A stretch of 64,000 nucleotides of DNA, taken from positions 2,848,001 through 2,912,000 of the forward strand of contig OZ240219.1 of assembly GCA_965197645.1 (NCBI GenBank), in the 5' to 3' direction. Origin of the DNA: Dehalococcoidia bacterium (GTDB lineage Bacteria; Chloroflexota; Dehalococcoidia; Plut-88900). The position numbers and the translations under genes are program-made. The notes beneath the pieces are model-generated. The model worked only from the letters and a program-made list of their open reading frames with translations. It was not told the origin of the DNA and did not search any database. This document shows, piece after piece, positions 53,579 through 63,897 of this stretch; the first letter of the stretch is position 1, and every line of letters starts with the position of its first letter.

Positions 53579-54111
53579 GCGTTCGAGTAGGTCTCCCTGT
53601 CCAGATCGAACACGTGGTGCCGTCCGCCATCTCCACCCATCAGGATGGCCAGGCACGATGGCTCGTCGCCTTCAGCCCACTGCCGGTGGATATTGCGAGG
53701 GGCGTCATACCAGTATCCCAGGTCACCCCGCTCAACGTGATGGTCTGAAAGCACCTCCAGCTTCGTCCCGCCCGCTCCATCGTCCTCGACCTGGGTCCAA
53801 ACGGTAAACCGTTCCCTGCCTGATATGCCACACTCGACGCCCCAGCGGTAGTGGCTGTGCACCGGAGTCGGCTCCCCCGCCGGGAACCTCGCCAGCAGCA
53901 GGCGGAACCTCCCCTGCGGATCGAAGTGGAGCACGCGGCCCTCCAGCCCTGTGCTTCCCACCCGGGACTCGCCCATTCCAGTGAGATGCTCTTCCTCCAT
54001 CACCAACCGTTGGAGCCTGGGCCCCATCGCCCACTGCGCCTCCGGGGTCGCTCCCTTTCCGTCGAGTATGGCGTCTATTTCGGCTACGAAATCCTCTACC
54101 GAGTATGTCAT
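53575..54111 (-). CDS. Cupin, cysteine/thiol dioxygenase-like
   Basis: TPVHSHYRWG...NIH three-His pattern. Confidence 0.7.
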   Translation of the reverse strand: MTYSVEDFVAEIDAILDGKGATPEAQWAMGPRLQRLVMEEEHLTGMGESRVGSTGLEGRVLHFDPQGRFRLLLARFPAGEPTPVHSHYRWGVECGISGRERFTVWTQVEDDGAGGTKLEVLSDHHVERGDLGYWYDAPRNIHRQWAEGDEPSCLAILMGGDGGRHHVFDLDRETYSNA

Positions 54112-54148
54112 CCCATCCTCTTTCTTGAGACTGGCCTGTCCACGACGA

Positions 54149-55183
54149 CTATTCCAAGGGGAGTGTAATCCTGGTCAATATATCATCCTCCACGCAGGCC
54201 ACCCAAATGCTCCGTCCATCGTAGAGCAGGTCCACCGGCCCCCGGCCCACCTGCCATGTTCCCAGTGCCAGGCCAAGCAGGGACAGGCGGCTCACGGTGT
54301 TGTCCGCGGCGTTGGCCACCCAGATGCTCTCTCCATCGAAGGCCAGGGCCGTCGGGCTGTTCCCCACGGAAAAGGACCCCAGCTTTTCACCGTCCAAGCC
54401 CAGCTTGGTAATCGAATTGGGGGTATTTTCGTCGAAGCCGCCGCTGTTGGCCACCCACATGCTGTTCCCATCGAACGCCAGGTCTATTGGCCCTGACCCC
54501 GATTCGTACCTGTCGATCACGTCGCCGCCCAGGGTCAGCTTGGACACCGTGCTGGATGCGTCTTGCGCGGTGCCCAGTCGGGAGACCCAGATGTGTTCCC
54601 CGTCGAACTCGATAGCAGCCGGCCCCTGCCCCACCGTGTAGACTCCCGCGATTTCACCCGAGGTCTTCAGCTTGGTGACCGTCTCTTCCCCTGAGTTGGC
54701 CACCCAGACATGTTCACCATCGAACTCGAAGCCGAAGGGGCGGACCCCCACTTGAAATTTTCCCAGTATCGCTCCGCTCGTTGACACCTTGGTCACGGTC
54801 GAGCTTGGTTCCGCGGGCGTACCCAGGTTGGCCACCCACAGGCTCTCCCCATCGAAGAGGAGAGCGCCGGGGATGTCGCCGATGTCGACCGAGCCCATCT
54901 CTTCCCCGTCCAGCCCGAACCGCTTGATCTCGTTGTTCAAGTCGTTCGGCTCCCCCAGACTGGATACCCAGATGCTCTCCCCATCGAACGCCAGCCCGTT
55001 GGGGGCCTCGATTCCCACCGGAATCTCCAGGACGTGCACCCCCGTGATCGAGTCCAGATCGACGGCCGGCATGGGAGTATCAGTGACGCTCTGAGGAGTG
55101 GCCGTGGCCGGCGCGCTCACACACCCGGCCAGCATCAGGCCGGCTATGAGCACCAGTATTCCGACAGGTTTCAATTTTCCCAT
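54149..55183 (-). CDS. Lipoprotein with seven beta-propeller repeats (YncE/YVTN-like)
   Basis: Lipobox LAG-C; seven copies of (F/Y)DGxx(I/L/V/M)WV. Confidence 0.8.
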   Translation of the reverse strand: MGKLKPVGILVLIAGLMLAGCVSAPATATPQSVTDTPMPAVDLDSITGVHVLEIPVGIEAPNGLAFDGESIWVSSLGEPNDLNNEIKRFGLDGEEMGSVDIGDIPGALLFDGESLWVANLGTPAEPSSTVTKVSTSGAILGKFQVGVRPFGFEFDGEHVWVANSGEETVTKLKTSGEIAGVYTVGQGPAAIEFDGEHIWVSRLGTAQDASSTVSKLTLGGDVIDRYESGSGPIDLAFDGNSMWVANSGGFDENTPNSITKLGLDGEKLGSFSVGNSPTALAFDGESIWVANAADNTVSRLSLLGLALGTWQVGRGPVDLLYDGRSIWVACVEDDILTRITLPLE

Positions 55184-55266
55184 GCCCGTAGCTCATTATA
55201 TCGTTGCCGGGCCTTGGTTGGGTGATATACTCATACCGTTTTCCACCTTGAGAAAGGCGTCACGTT

Positions 55267-56493
55267 ATGGCCAGCAAAGAGCATTACCTCATTATCGGCG
55301 GCAGTACCACCGGCAACTCCGCCGCCGAGACTCTCCGCAAGGAGGGATTCGATGGCCGGATCACTCTCGTAGGCCGGGAGTCGGACAGACCCTACGATAG
55401 GCCTCCCCTCTCCAAGGAGTTCCTCCGGGGGGAGAAAGAGGAAGAGAAGGTCTACTTCAAGCCTGCCGAGTTCTACCAAGAGCAGGAGATAGAGCTCAAG
55501 CTGGGCGCCTCGGCGTCCCGACTTGACACGGCCAATCGCACCGTGGAGTTGGAATCCGGCGAGTCGCTAAGCTACGATAAGCTTCTGCTGGCCACGGGCA
55601 GTAGGGCCCGAAAGCTGGACGTACCGGGCAACAGATTGGGCGGCGTCCATTACTTGCGCACCATCGGCAGCTCTCGGCGTCTGGCCGACGATATCGAAAA
55701 GGGGAGCAAAGTCGTCCTGGTAGGCGCCGGGTTCATCGGCCTAGAGGTGGCCGCGTCCTGCCGCATGAAAGGCCTGGAAGTTACCGTACTGGAGATAGAG
55801 GATGTCCCCTTACGGCACGCAATAGGCGAGGAGCTGGGGAACATCTGCGCCGACATCCATCGGGACCAGGGCGTGGAGCTGAGGCTCGGCGAGGGCATCA
55901 AGGAGATACAAGGCGATGGCCGCGCCGAACGCGTCATCACCTCCTCGGGCGCCGAGCTACCCTGTGACGTGGTGGTCATCGGCGTGGGGGCCAGACCCGA
56001 AACCCGCCTTGTAGAAGACTCCAACGTCGAGACCGGCGACGGCATCATAGTCGACGAATACTGCCAGACCAACGTGCCCGGCATCTACTCCGCCGGCGAC
56101 GCCGCCTCCTGGTGGCATCCCGGCCTCGGCCGCCGGATCAGGGTCGAGCACTGGGACAACGCCATCAATCAAGCAGCCGTCGCGGCCAGGAATATGCTGG
56201 GCGGCCAGGAGTCCTACTCCCCAGTGCTCTACTTCTGGTCTGACCAGTACGATTGCAATCTTCAGTACGTCGGCGAGGCCCACGACTGGGACAACATGCT
56301 CTATCGGGGCAATCCCAAAGACCGGAAGTTCAGCGCATTCTTCATCAAGGACGGTCTGGTGCAAGCCACCTTCTCCGTAAACAGCTTCCGGGACATCAAC
56401 GCCTCTCGACGCCTGATCGCAGACAAGGTCCCCATCGACGAAAGGCAGCTGGTAGACCCCGACGTCAACCTCCGGAAGCTGGGCGCCTCCTAA
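55267..56493 (+). CDS. FAD-dependent ferredoxin reductase-like oxidoreductase
   Basis: PYDRPPLSK, GAGFIGLE, RVEHWDNA and YFWSDQY motifs. Confidence 0.9.
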   Translation: MASKEHYLIIGGSTTGNSAAETLRKEGFDGRITLVGRESDRPYDRPPLSKEFLRGEKEEEKVYFKPAEFYQEQEIELKLGASASRLDTANRTVELESGESLSYDKLLLATGSRARKLDVPGNRLGGVHYLRTIGSSRRLADDIEKGSKVVLVGAGFIGLEVAASCRMKGLEVTVLEIEDVPLRHAIGEELGNICADIHRDQGVELRLGEGIKEIQGDGRAERVITSSGAELPCDVVVIGVGARPETRLVEDSNVETGDGIIVDEYCQTNVPGIYSAGDAASWWHPGLGRRIRVEHWDNAINQAAVAARNMLGGQESYSPVLYFWSDQYDCNLQYVGEAHDWDNMLYRGNPKDRKFSAFFIKDGLVQATFSVNSFRDINASRRLIADKVPIDERQLVDPDVNLRKLGAS

Positions 56494-56532
56494 GCGTTCA
56501 ATAACATCGTTGGGAGACTAAGGTACTGCAGG

Positions 56533-57462
56533 TCAGGAGCCGGCGGCCGCGGTGCCCTTGACGGCATCGCTCATCCTCATGTCCCGGCGGACGGTGGCCT
56601 TGACCCCAGCTGATCGCTTCTTCAACGCCGTCGGCAGCTCCTCCCGGTCCAGGTCGTACACGTCCCATGCCAACCCCAGCCTCTCCAGCAGCCGGATGAC
56701 CTTCCAGCTAGTATCGAAGTGCCACCACCTGGTCCCATGCCGGGCGGACCGAGGAGAAGCGTGATGGTTGTTGTGGCCTCCCTCCCCCATGCCCAGCAGC
56801 CCGACAAGCCAGTGGTTGGTGCTCCTGTCCTTGGTCTCGAAGGGCCTGCTGCCGAACATGTGACAGACCGAGTTCACGGCGAAGGTCACGTGCTGGGACA
56901 CGAAAATCCGCACTAACCCACCCCATAGCAGTCCGCTCCACCCTCCGATGGCCAGCGGCACCACCAGGCTCAGTGTACACCAGAAGAGAGCGGTGCGTTG
57001 AATGAACACCACGTCCTCATCCTTGAGCAGGTCCTTGGCCCACTTCTCCGGATCGGCCCTTTCGTTCCCCAGCAGCCATCCTATCTGGGCGTGAAGGAAA
57101 CCTCGCAGCATGTTTCGGCTAAGCTGAGGGCTGTGGATGTCGCCCTCCTGGTCCGAGTAGGCGTGGTGCAGCCGATGATTCGCCGCCCAGGAGATTGCGC
57201 CTCCCTGGAAGCCCATCGTGCCCAGGACGATCAGGACGCCTTTCACCACCCGGTTGGCCTTGAACCCGCTGTGGGTCAGGTATCGGTGATACCCGATGGT
57301 CACCCCGAAGCTGACCGCCGTGTACAACACTCCCAGCAGCACCAGGTCCTGCCAGTTCACCAGCCAGTTCCAGGTCATGTAGATTACGATTCCCAGGGTA
57401 ATGAGCGGCGCCAACACGAGGAAGGTCACCGTCGCCACCCGGCCAAAGTAGTACTCAAACAC
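56533..57462 (-). CDS. Acyl-CoA (delta-9-type) desaturase
   Basis: His boxes HRYLTH, HRLHH and HNNHH; VNSVCH motif. Confidence 0.93.
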   Translation of the reverse strand: MFEYYFGRVATVTFLVLAPLITLGIVIYMTWNWLVNWQDLVLLGVLYTAVSFGVTIGYHRYLTHSGFKANRVVKGVLIVLGTMGFQGGAISWAANHRLHHAYSDQEGDIHSPQLSRNMLRGFLHAQIGWLLGNERADPEKWAKDLLKDEDVVFIQRTALFWCTLSLVVPLAIGGWSGLLWGGLVRIFVSQHVTFAVNSVCHMFGSRPFETKDRSTNHWLVGLLGMGEGGHNNHHASPRSARHGTRWWHFDTSWKVIRLLERLGLAWDVYDLDREELPTALKKRSAGVKATVRRDMRMSDAVKGTAAAGS

Positions 57463-57504
57463 CTTTAGTTACAGCTCCTTGTAGTAATTGGGCTTGTCTC
57501 AAAG

Positions 57505-57607
57505 GGACGAACGTCTTACTCCCAGCAACCCGCCCTTGAACCGTTTTGTACTTTGGGGGCACATCCCCCAATCCCCCTGCCAGAGGGAAGGTCCCTCTGG
57601 AGTCCCT
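57505..57607 (+). repeat. Dispersed intergenic repeat, copy 4
   Basis: GGACGAACGTCTT...TTGGGGGCACATCCCCCAATCCCCCTGCCAGAGGG. Confidence 0.65.
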
Positions 57608-57718
57608 TGATACGGGATCCCAACAAAGGCTCAAGAAATGGCCACCGTTCGAGTCTAGATTATCACTGAATTCCATGCGCCTGTCGAACGTCTATTGGAC
57701 ACTGCTGCCCAGTTTCCG

Positions 57719-60700
57719 TCAAGCCGGTTCCGGCTCCGCGCCGCCCAGCCCCTCTAGCTCTTTTCTGGTCCTGGCCACCTCTTCGGAAGCCACTCGCTCC
57801 ACCCAACCCGGTCCCGCCGACACCATCTGCGTCGCCACCAGCTGGGAGTACAGACCTCCCCTGTTTAGCAGCTCATCGTGTACGCCTTCCTCCACTATCC
57901 GGCCCGAGTCCATTACCAGTATTTTGTCGGCGTCCCTGACCGTGGAGAGCCGATGGGCAATGACTAACGTGCTCCGGTCCACCATCAACCGCGCCAGCGC
58001 CCCTCGGACGTACCGCTCGTTGACCGCATCCAGGTGGGAGGTCGCCTCGTCCAGTACCAGCACCGGGGCGTTCTTAAGCAGCGCCCTCGCTATCGATATC
58101 CGCTGGCGCTGCCCGCCCGAGAGCTGCATCCCCCTTTCCCCAACCATGGTGTCGTACCCTTCGGGGAAGGACTCTACGAACTCCAGTGCATTGGCCTGGC
58201 TCGCCGCCTCTTCCAGCTCCTCGTCCGTAGCGTCCACTTTACCCAGCCTGATGTTCTCCCGTATCGTGGTGTTGAAAAGGTAGGTGTCCTGGGAAACGAA
58301 GGCTATCAGTCCTCGAAGCTCGTCCAGCTCGAACTCGCGAAGCCCATGGCCCCCCAGGTGAACGCCGCCGGATAGGGGGTCCCAGAACCGCATCAGCAAG
58401 TAGGCACAGGTCGTCTTTCCCGCCCCCGATCTCCCCACCAACGCCACCGTCTTACCCGAATCGATCTCGAAGCTCACGCCCCTCAACGCCTGGGGCTGAC
58501 GGGGCCCATAGGCAAAGACGACGTCGTCGAACCTGATCTGAGGCGCCGTTGCCGCCGGCTTGGGAGCCAATGCCGGCACTCCCGGACCGTCCTCGACCAG
58601 CACGGGCTCGTCGTGGACCGCAAACACCCGCCTGGACGCTGCCAGTGTCTCCATCACGTCCTTCACCGTCCGTGCAATGTCCGATACCGGGGAGAAGGTA
58701 GATAGCGCCAGAAGGGTCGCCAGCGGAAGGTCCGGTCTAGCCATGTTCCCTTCGAGGACCAGGTAAGCTCCCGTGGCCAGCACGGCCAGTCCCCCCAGGC
58801 CCGTCAGCGCCTCGATGAAGCCTGCCTGGGATGCCTGGGCCTTCTCGAACTGGAGCTGACTGTGGGCATAATCCCAGCCCATGTCGTCGATATCCTTTAT
58901 CCGCTCCTTGCCTCTCCCGAACGCCGATATCTCCCGCATCCCCTGGATGTTGTCCACCATGTGGGAGTGAACGTCCCCCAGCTTTTCTCGCACCTCCGCC
59001 CCCAGCCGTTCCGCCTTTCTCTGGTCGTAAAACGGTCTGACTCCAACGGCGATGAGGAAGGGCAACAGCGCCACCGCCAGCGGCCACGAGATAATCCCCA
59101 AAGTGATGATCACCGCCACCGGCACCAGGACTGCCACGAAAGCGGGACTGATGGCGTGACCAAAGAAGTACTCGATCTTTTCGATATCGGAGTTGACTAT
59201 GCTTACTACGTCTCCGGACCTGCGGGTCACCAGATACGCCGGCGCCAGCGGCTCCAGCTTTTCATACATATCTATCCGCATCTCGGCCAGCAGCTTGTAA
59301 GCCAAGTCGTGGGCGAGCCAGGATTCCGCCCACTGGAACATCGCCGATAGAGGCGCAAACAGTCCCAGCAGCACCAGGTACAGGGTAAGGTCTCCCCCTC
59401 TGAACACCTGTCCCACCGTCAGCGCGGCGGCGATTCCCAGGCCTATTACGCAGCCGTGATGGGCTATCCCCAGAAGGAAGGTAGCCGTCTGTTGCACCCA
59501 CCACGGCCTGACCAGGCCCAGCAGCTTCTTGATGATGGTCGGAGTGGGTATGTGCCGGCCGATGGGTATCGGCTCCGGCCCTGTCTCGACATCCTCTCTT
59601 TGACGGACCTCGGCTTTCACCGCCTCCCGTCCCGTTGCTCGTGCGGCGCCCCGCGTGGACGGCATCGCGTCCAGACCCATCTCGGCCTGTTGATTGGCCA
59701 TCAGCTGGGCGTATACCCCGCTCCCGTTTACCAGCTCAGCGTGGGACCCGGTCTCCACCAGCCGGCCCTTCTCCAGCACCAGGATCCGATCGGCGTCCAC
59801 CACACTGGACAAACGATGGGCGATGATCAGGGTGGTGCGGCCTTCCTTCAGCCGGTCCAACGCCTCCTGGATCAACGCCTCGTTCTCAGCATCCACGCTG
59901 GACATCGCCTCGTCCAGCACCAGTATGGGGGCATCCTTCAAAAGCGCCCGGGCAATCGCTATACGCTGTCGCTGCCCTCCCGACAGTCGTACTGCCCGCT
60001 CGCCTACGACGGTGTCGTATCCCTGGGGAAGCTGCATGATGAAATCGTGGGCGTTGGCCGCCCGGGCCGCCGCCTCCAGCTGCTCTAGGCTGGCGTCCGG
60101 CTTCCCGAACCTCAGGTTTTCTGCCACCGTGCCGTTGAACAGATAGGTATCCTGTGTCACCACCGCTACCTGGTCCCTGAGAAGCTCCAGCGGCAGCTCT
60201 CGCAAGTCGTGGCCTCCCAGGAGCACTCGGCCCTTCTGCGGGTCGAAGAACCGATATATGAGCCACACTATCGTCGACTTGCCCGCCCCGCTCGGGCCCA
60301 CCACCCCCAGCTTCTCTTCGGCGCCCAGGGTAAAGGACACTTCCTCCAGCGCCAGTCCTCGGCTCTCATCGTACCCAAAGCTTACGTTTTCGAACTGTAT
60401 TTCCGGCCTCAGGGCTGTCCCGTCCTTCGACGTTATAGCAGGGCTCTTCGGATCGACTATCTCACCTTTAGTGTCCAGCAATGCGAAGATGCTCTGGGAC
60501 GATGCCATCGCCAGCATGCCTTCGTGATAGAGCATCGTCAGCTCTCGGAGTGGTTTGAAAACCTCCACGCCGAACATCATCACAATCAGCAGCGTCCTGA
60601 TCTCCACGTCTCCGCTCTCCACCCTCAACGCTCCGACCCCCAGGGCCACCGCCGCCCCCGCCGAAATCCCCAGCACGGTGACTCCACCGGTGGCGATGTT

Positions 60701-61417
60701 GGCCGCCAGCACGCCCATGGTGGACCTGTAGAGGTGGCGGGCTCTCTGGGCCAGCAACTCGCCTCGCCGCCGGCCTTGCCCGAACGCCTTCAGAGTACCC
60801 AGGCCCTGCACGCTGTCCAGGAACTCGGCGCCCAGGTCTCCGTAGGACTGGAACCGTTTGAGGCTGCTGCTACGGTTCCACCTGTGGAATATCGCCGGCA
60901 CCACCGTCGCAAACAGTGCGAATCCCAGGAAGATCACGCCCATCCACACGTCCAGGATGGCCATGAAGATGAATATGGCGATGGGGGCCAGGACCGAGAC
61001 GATGAACTGGGGCAGGTATTTCCCGTAGAAGGTCTCCAACGCCTCGACCCCGTCGCCCAACGTCAACATGATGCCGCCGGTCCGCCGCTGGTCGAAGTGC
61101 CCCGGTCCGAGGTTGAGGCAGTGGTCGTACAGGAACTTCCTTATCCGGATCTTGACGATGCTAGAAGTGTGGTGAGCGTAGGCGTTCTGCCAGTACTGGA
61201 ACACACCCCTGGCCACGATGAGCAGCGCCACCACCACCAGGGGAAGGGTCAGCGATGAGTACTCCGCCTGACCTAGGAACACCCGGAAGATGACCACACC
61301 GAAGATGGCCAGTCCCGCCACCCCGGATCCCACCGCTATCAGCCCCAACACCGATGCTACCAACACCCGCAGGCGGATGCCCTTGGTGAACCCGAACAGT
61401 CTTAAATCAAAGTACAT
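57719..61417 (-). CDS. Fused full-length ABC exporter (TMD-NBD-TMD-NBD), CydD/CydC-like
   Basis: Two Walker A motifs (GPSGAGKST, GRSGAGKTT), two LSGGQRQR signatures and two TMDs; the second half has AHDLAYKLLAEMR...YEKLEPLAP, reminiscent of CydC. Confidence 0.88.
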   Translation of the reverse strand: MYFDLRLFGFTKGIRLRVLVASVLGLIAVGSGVAGLAIFGVVIFRVFLGQAEYSSLTLPLVVVALLIVARGVFQYWQNAYAHHTSSIVKIRIRKFLYDHCLNLGPGHFDQRRTGGIMLTLGDGVEALETFYGKYLPQFIVSVLAPIAIFIFMAILDVWMGVIFLGFALFATVVPAIFHRWNRSSSLKRFQSYGDLGAEFLDSVQGLGTLKAFGQGRRRGELLAQRARHLYRSTMGVLAANIATGGVTVLGISAGAAVALGVGALRVESGDVEIRTLLIVMMFGVEVFKPLRELTMLYHEGMLAMASSQSIFALLDTKGEIVDPKSPAITSKDGTALRPEIQFENVSFGYDESRGLALEEVSFTLGAEEKLGVVGPSGAGKSTIVWLIYRFFDPQKGRVLLGGHDLRELPLELLRDQVAVVTQDTYLFNGTVAENLRFGKPDASLEQLEAAARAANAHDFIMQLPQGYDTVVGERAVRLSGGQRQRIAIARALLKDAPILVLDEAMSSVDAENEALIQEALDRLKEGRTTLIIAHRLSSVVDADRILVLEKGRLVETGSHAELVNGSGVYAQLMANQQAEMGLDAMPSTRGAARATGREAVKAEVRQREDVETGPEPIPIGRHIPTPTIIKKLLGLVRPWWVQQTATFLLGIAHHGCVIGLGIAAALTVGQVFRGGDLTLYLVLLGLFAPLSAMFQWAESWLAHDLAYKLLAEMRIDMYEKLEPLAPAYLVTRRSGDVVSIVNSDIEKIEYFFGHAISPAFVAVLVPVAVIITLGIISWPLAVALLPFLIAVGVRPFYDQRKAERLGAEVREKLGDVHSHMVDNIQGMREISAFGRGKERIKDIDDMGWDYAHSQLQFEKAQASQAGFIEALTGLGGLAVLATGAYLVLEGNMARPDLPLATLLALSTFSPVSDIARTVKDVMETLAASRRVFAVHDEPVLVEDGPGVPALAPKPAATAPQIRFDDVVFAYGPRQPQALRGVSFEIDSGKTVALVGRSGAGKTTCAYLLMRFWDPLSGGVHLGGHGLREFELDELRGLIAFVSQDTYLFNTTIRENIRLGKVDATDEELEEAASQANALEFVESFPEGYDTMVGERGMQLSGGQRQRISIARALLKNAPVLVLDEATSHLDAVNERYVRGALARLMVDRSTLVIAHRLSTVRDADKILVMDSGRIVEEGVHDELLNRGGLYSQLVATQMVSAGPGWVERVASEEVARTRKELEGLGGAEPEPA

Positions 61418-61501
61418 ACCGGTTCTCTAAGGTTAATCTATCGGAACGTCAAACTCGCCTATTATACAAAGTCACGGCGAGAGATTCCTCATTCAAGCAC
61501 G

Positions 61502-61660
61502 TTACCATCTTTTTCTATAGATGAAAGCCCAGGCTATCCAGAATATCGATATGAACATGAATGCTGCACCCCATCCGGTGAACCCGGTGGCAAGCAATAG
61601 GGCGCCGAACAGGAATGATGCCCCCGCACCGGCAAAACAGGTCTTGGCGAACTTGGACAT
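61502..61660 (-). CDS. Small membrane protein (52 aa)
   Basis: MSKFAKTCFAGAGASFLFGALLLATGFTGWGAAFMFISIFWIAWAFIYRKRW; two hydrophobic segments and a basic tail. Confidence 0.5.
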   Translation of the reverse strand: MSKFAKTCFAGAGASFLFGALLLATGFTGWGAAFMFISIFWIAWAFIYRKRW

Positions 61661-61853
61661 CCCATGGAGTATATCACTGACTTGCACCTGGGACGTATAA
61701 TGACCGTCAAACCTACTGCCTGTAGATGAGCAGCCTGATGCCGGTGCCCAAGACAAGCGACACCACTATCAGATAGGCTTCACCGCCTCAGCACTTTCTT
61801 GACACCATCCGGATAATCTGAAGTTAACAAGTAGTTTTGGAGATATCTAAACC

Positions 61854-62672
61854 TTGAGAGCAGCGCTGTTTACCGGGTTAGCCATGGCCTTGATCGCACT
61901 GGCTGCCTGCGGCGGAGCGGACCCGGACGAGACGGCTTCCCCAGCCCCCGCCACCGCCGCCGCAGAATCAACAGTTGCCGCCACTCCGGAGCCGACAGCC
62001 ACCGCCGCTGCTGAACCAACGGGCTCCGATACTCCTGAACCGATGGCCATTGTCACCGCAGAACCAACGCCTACCGAGACCCCGGAACCAGCGACCCCTG
62101 AAGCCGCCGAAGAGCGCCAGATGGGACAGCTGGAGGGCTACGTATTTGTCGTAACTGAGGGGTCCGAGGCCACATTCACCGTGGAGGAGCAGCTGGCCAG
62201 CCTCACTCTGCCCAACGACGCTGTTATGCGCACCAACTCGCTATCAGGCACAGTCCACTTTGATGGCCGATCTTTCCAAGTAGAGGTCGATCTCCGAACT
62301 CTAAGCAGCGATCAGTCCCGGCGGGACCAGTATGTTCGACTGCGGATGTTCCCCCAGGACCCCATCGCAACCTTCACCGTCGAAGATATCCTTCCCCTGC
62401 CCGATGGATTCACCACCGGCGAAGAGGTCACCGGCTCGGTTGCGGGTGAGCTGGTGATTCGCGGCAACATTGCGCCCCTCACCTTCGAACTGGAGGCCCG
62501 GGACGACGGTCACACGGTCTTCGTTCTGGGTCGGACCCAGTTCACCTGGGACCAGCTGAGCCTGGATCCCCCTGCCGCCCGCTCGGTGGTATGGGTCGCC
62601 GACGAGGTGCGCGTCGAGATACTGCTCGCCCTGGACCCGGTCCTGGAATCCGAACTAGCCGAAGAAGAGTAG
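61854..62672 (+). CDS. YceI-family lipoprotein
   Basis: Lipobox LAA-C, Pro/Thr/Ala linker, SEATFTVEEQL and LSSDQSRRD motifs. Confidence 0.82.
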   Translation: MRAALFTGLAMALIALAACGGADPDETASPAPATAAAESTVAATPEPTATAAAEPTGSDTPEPMAIVTAEPTPTETPEPATPEAAEERQMGQLEGYVFVVTEGSEATFTVEEQLASLTLPNDAVMRTNSLSGTVHFDGRSFQVEVDLRTLSSDQSRRDQYVRLRMFPQDPIATFTVEDILPLPDGFTTGEEVTGSVAGELVIRGNIAPLTFELEARDDGHTVFVLGRTQFTWDQLSLDPPAARSVVWVADEVRVEILLALDPVLESELAEEE

Positions 62673-62686
62673 ACCGGAGCCGCCTT

Positions 62687-63187
62687 TTGAACTGGAGTTC
62701 GATCAGGTCGGGCTTGATGGCCGGTTCCATCGCCGTAGTGGTCGGCTCGCTGGTCCAGCTGCCCCTGAACTCCCCCTCTGACACTCTGTTCAATGCCGGA
62801 AGCGTAATGGCGGCCGGTCTGCCCGCGGGGGTGGTTGCCGGACTGTTGTGGGGCTTGGCCCGAAACAGGCCCACCGCACGTTTGCTCTTCTTCGTCCTTT
62901 GGTTGATAGTCTTCGGGCTGGTTGTGGCTGGGGCGGCAGTCGGTCGGACCGAGCTGGACAGGTTCGTATCCTACCTGGCGCCGCTGGCCGCCATAATGTT
63001 GGCACTGATCGCTGTGTTAACGCCCTGGCTGACGCGATACCCGGGTCTGACCCGATGGGCCGTGTACCCCCTTTTTGCAGTTGCCGTGGGAATGGGGCTC
63101 GGGTTGGCGGGCCTGGGCGATCAAGCCAGCGGCAGGCTCGAGCTACCGCCCCGGACCTTCGCCCATCAAATGTCGAATGTCGCCTAG
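62687..63187 (+). CDS. Hypothetical membrane protein
   Basis: About five hydrophobic segments; follows the yceI-like gene; start uncertain (TTG 62687 or ATG 62717). Confidence 0.6.
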   Translation: MNWSSIRSGLMAGSIAVVVGSLVQLPLNSPSDTLFNAGSVMAAGLPAGVVAGLLWGLARNRPTARLLFFVLWLIVFGLVVAGAAVGRTELDRFVSYLAPLAAIMLALIAVLTPWLTRYPGLTRWAVYPLFAVAVGMGLGLAGLGDQASGRLELPPRTFAHQMSNVA

Positions 63188-63897
63188 AACCTGCCCGGAT
63201 CATACTCCGAGAGGCCTGCCTTCTCCCCGACGAGGTCCCTCAGTGCTCTCCATCTTTGTGCCCTAAGCCTGTTTCGGGCTAGCGCCAGACCGTAGGCCCG
63301 GGTCATCTGCCACCCGCTCACGCCCAACCCGATGACCGCCAGGGGAACAATCAGCGCTCCCTGCTGCCAGAACACCAAGTTCGTTACAAACAGGGCCATC
63401 AGCGATAGTCCGGCCACCATCAGCAGCAACCCTTTTCGCCACTCGCCGGCATACATGTGCCCTATGCCCCACAGCCCCACCATGCACGGCACCACTGCCA
63501 GGGCCGTGGCCAAGTCGGGGTCCCTTTGAGGGATCGAGCGGATCTCTTCCCGACCCATGATACGGTCTCGAGGCGGCCAGTCCTCGCTTCGATAACCCAC
63601 CAGCTTGATTGGCCCCCTGGCTCTTTCCAACGTCTCCAAGCTGATACGGTCGGCCATCTCTATCGGGACGTACCCCCAGGTGGAATCGTAGCAGGTCTCG
63701 CACCGTCCCCGGTTTATCATGGTCACCGTGGCGCAGCTCCGGCACACCTTGATCCCTTCAACCTCGAAGACGATCGCTTCGTCGTCCCGGCTCCTCCGCA
63801 ACATCAGGATCAGCCACAGGAGGCCGATGAGCGCCGCCCACAAGGCGGCCCCCACCATGAGCAGAAGGACGCCGATTACCGCTCTATCCGTGTCCAT
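63184..63897 (-). CDS. Hypothetical membrane protein with zinc ribbon and TM2-like region
   Basis: N-terminal TM segment, CRSC...CETC, GLWGIGHMYAG followed by TM segments. Confidence 0.6.
   Translation of the reverse strand: MDTDRAVIGVLLLMVGAALWAALIGLLWLILMLRRSRDDEAIVFEVEGIKVCRSCATVTMINRGRCETCYDSTWGYVPIEMADRISLETLERARGPIKLVGYRSEDWPPRDRIMGREEIRSIPQRDPDLATALAVVPCMVGLWGIGHMYAGEWRKGLLLMVAGLSLMALFVTNLVFWQQGALIVPLAVIGLGVSGWQMTRAYGLALARNRLRAQRWRALRDLVGEKAGLSEYDPGRF

Noticed and set aside
54149-55000. Periodic nucleotide similarity suggesting a CRISPR or tandem array
   Set aside because: It is explained by the coding beta-propeller repeats; no repeat-spacer array or cas gene was seen in the window.
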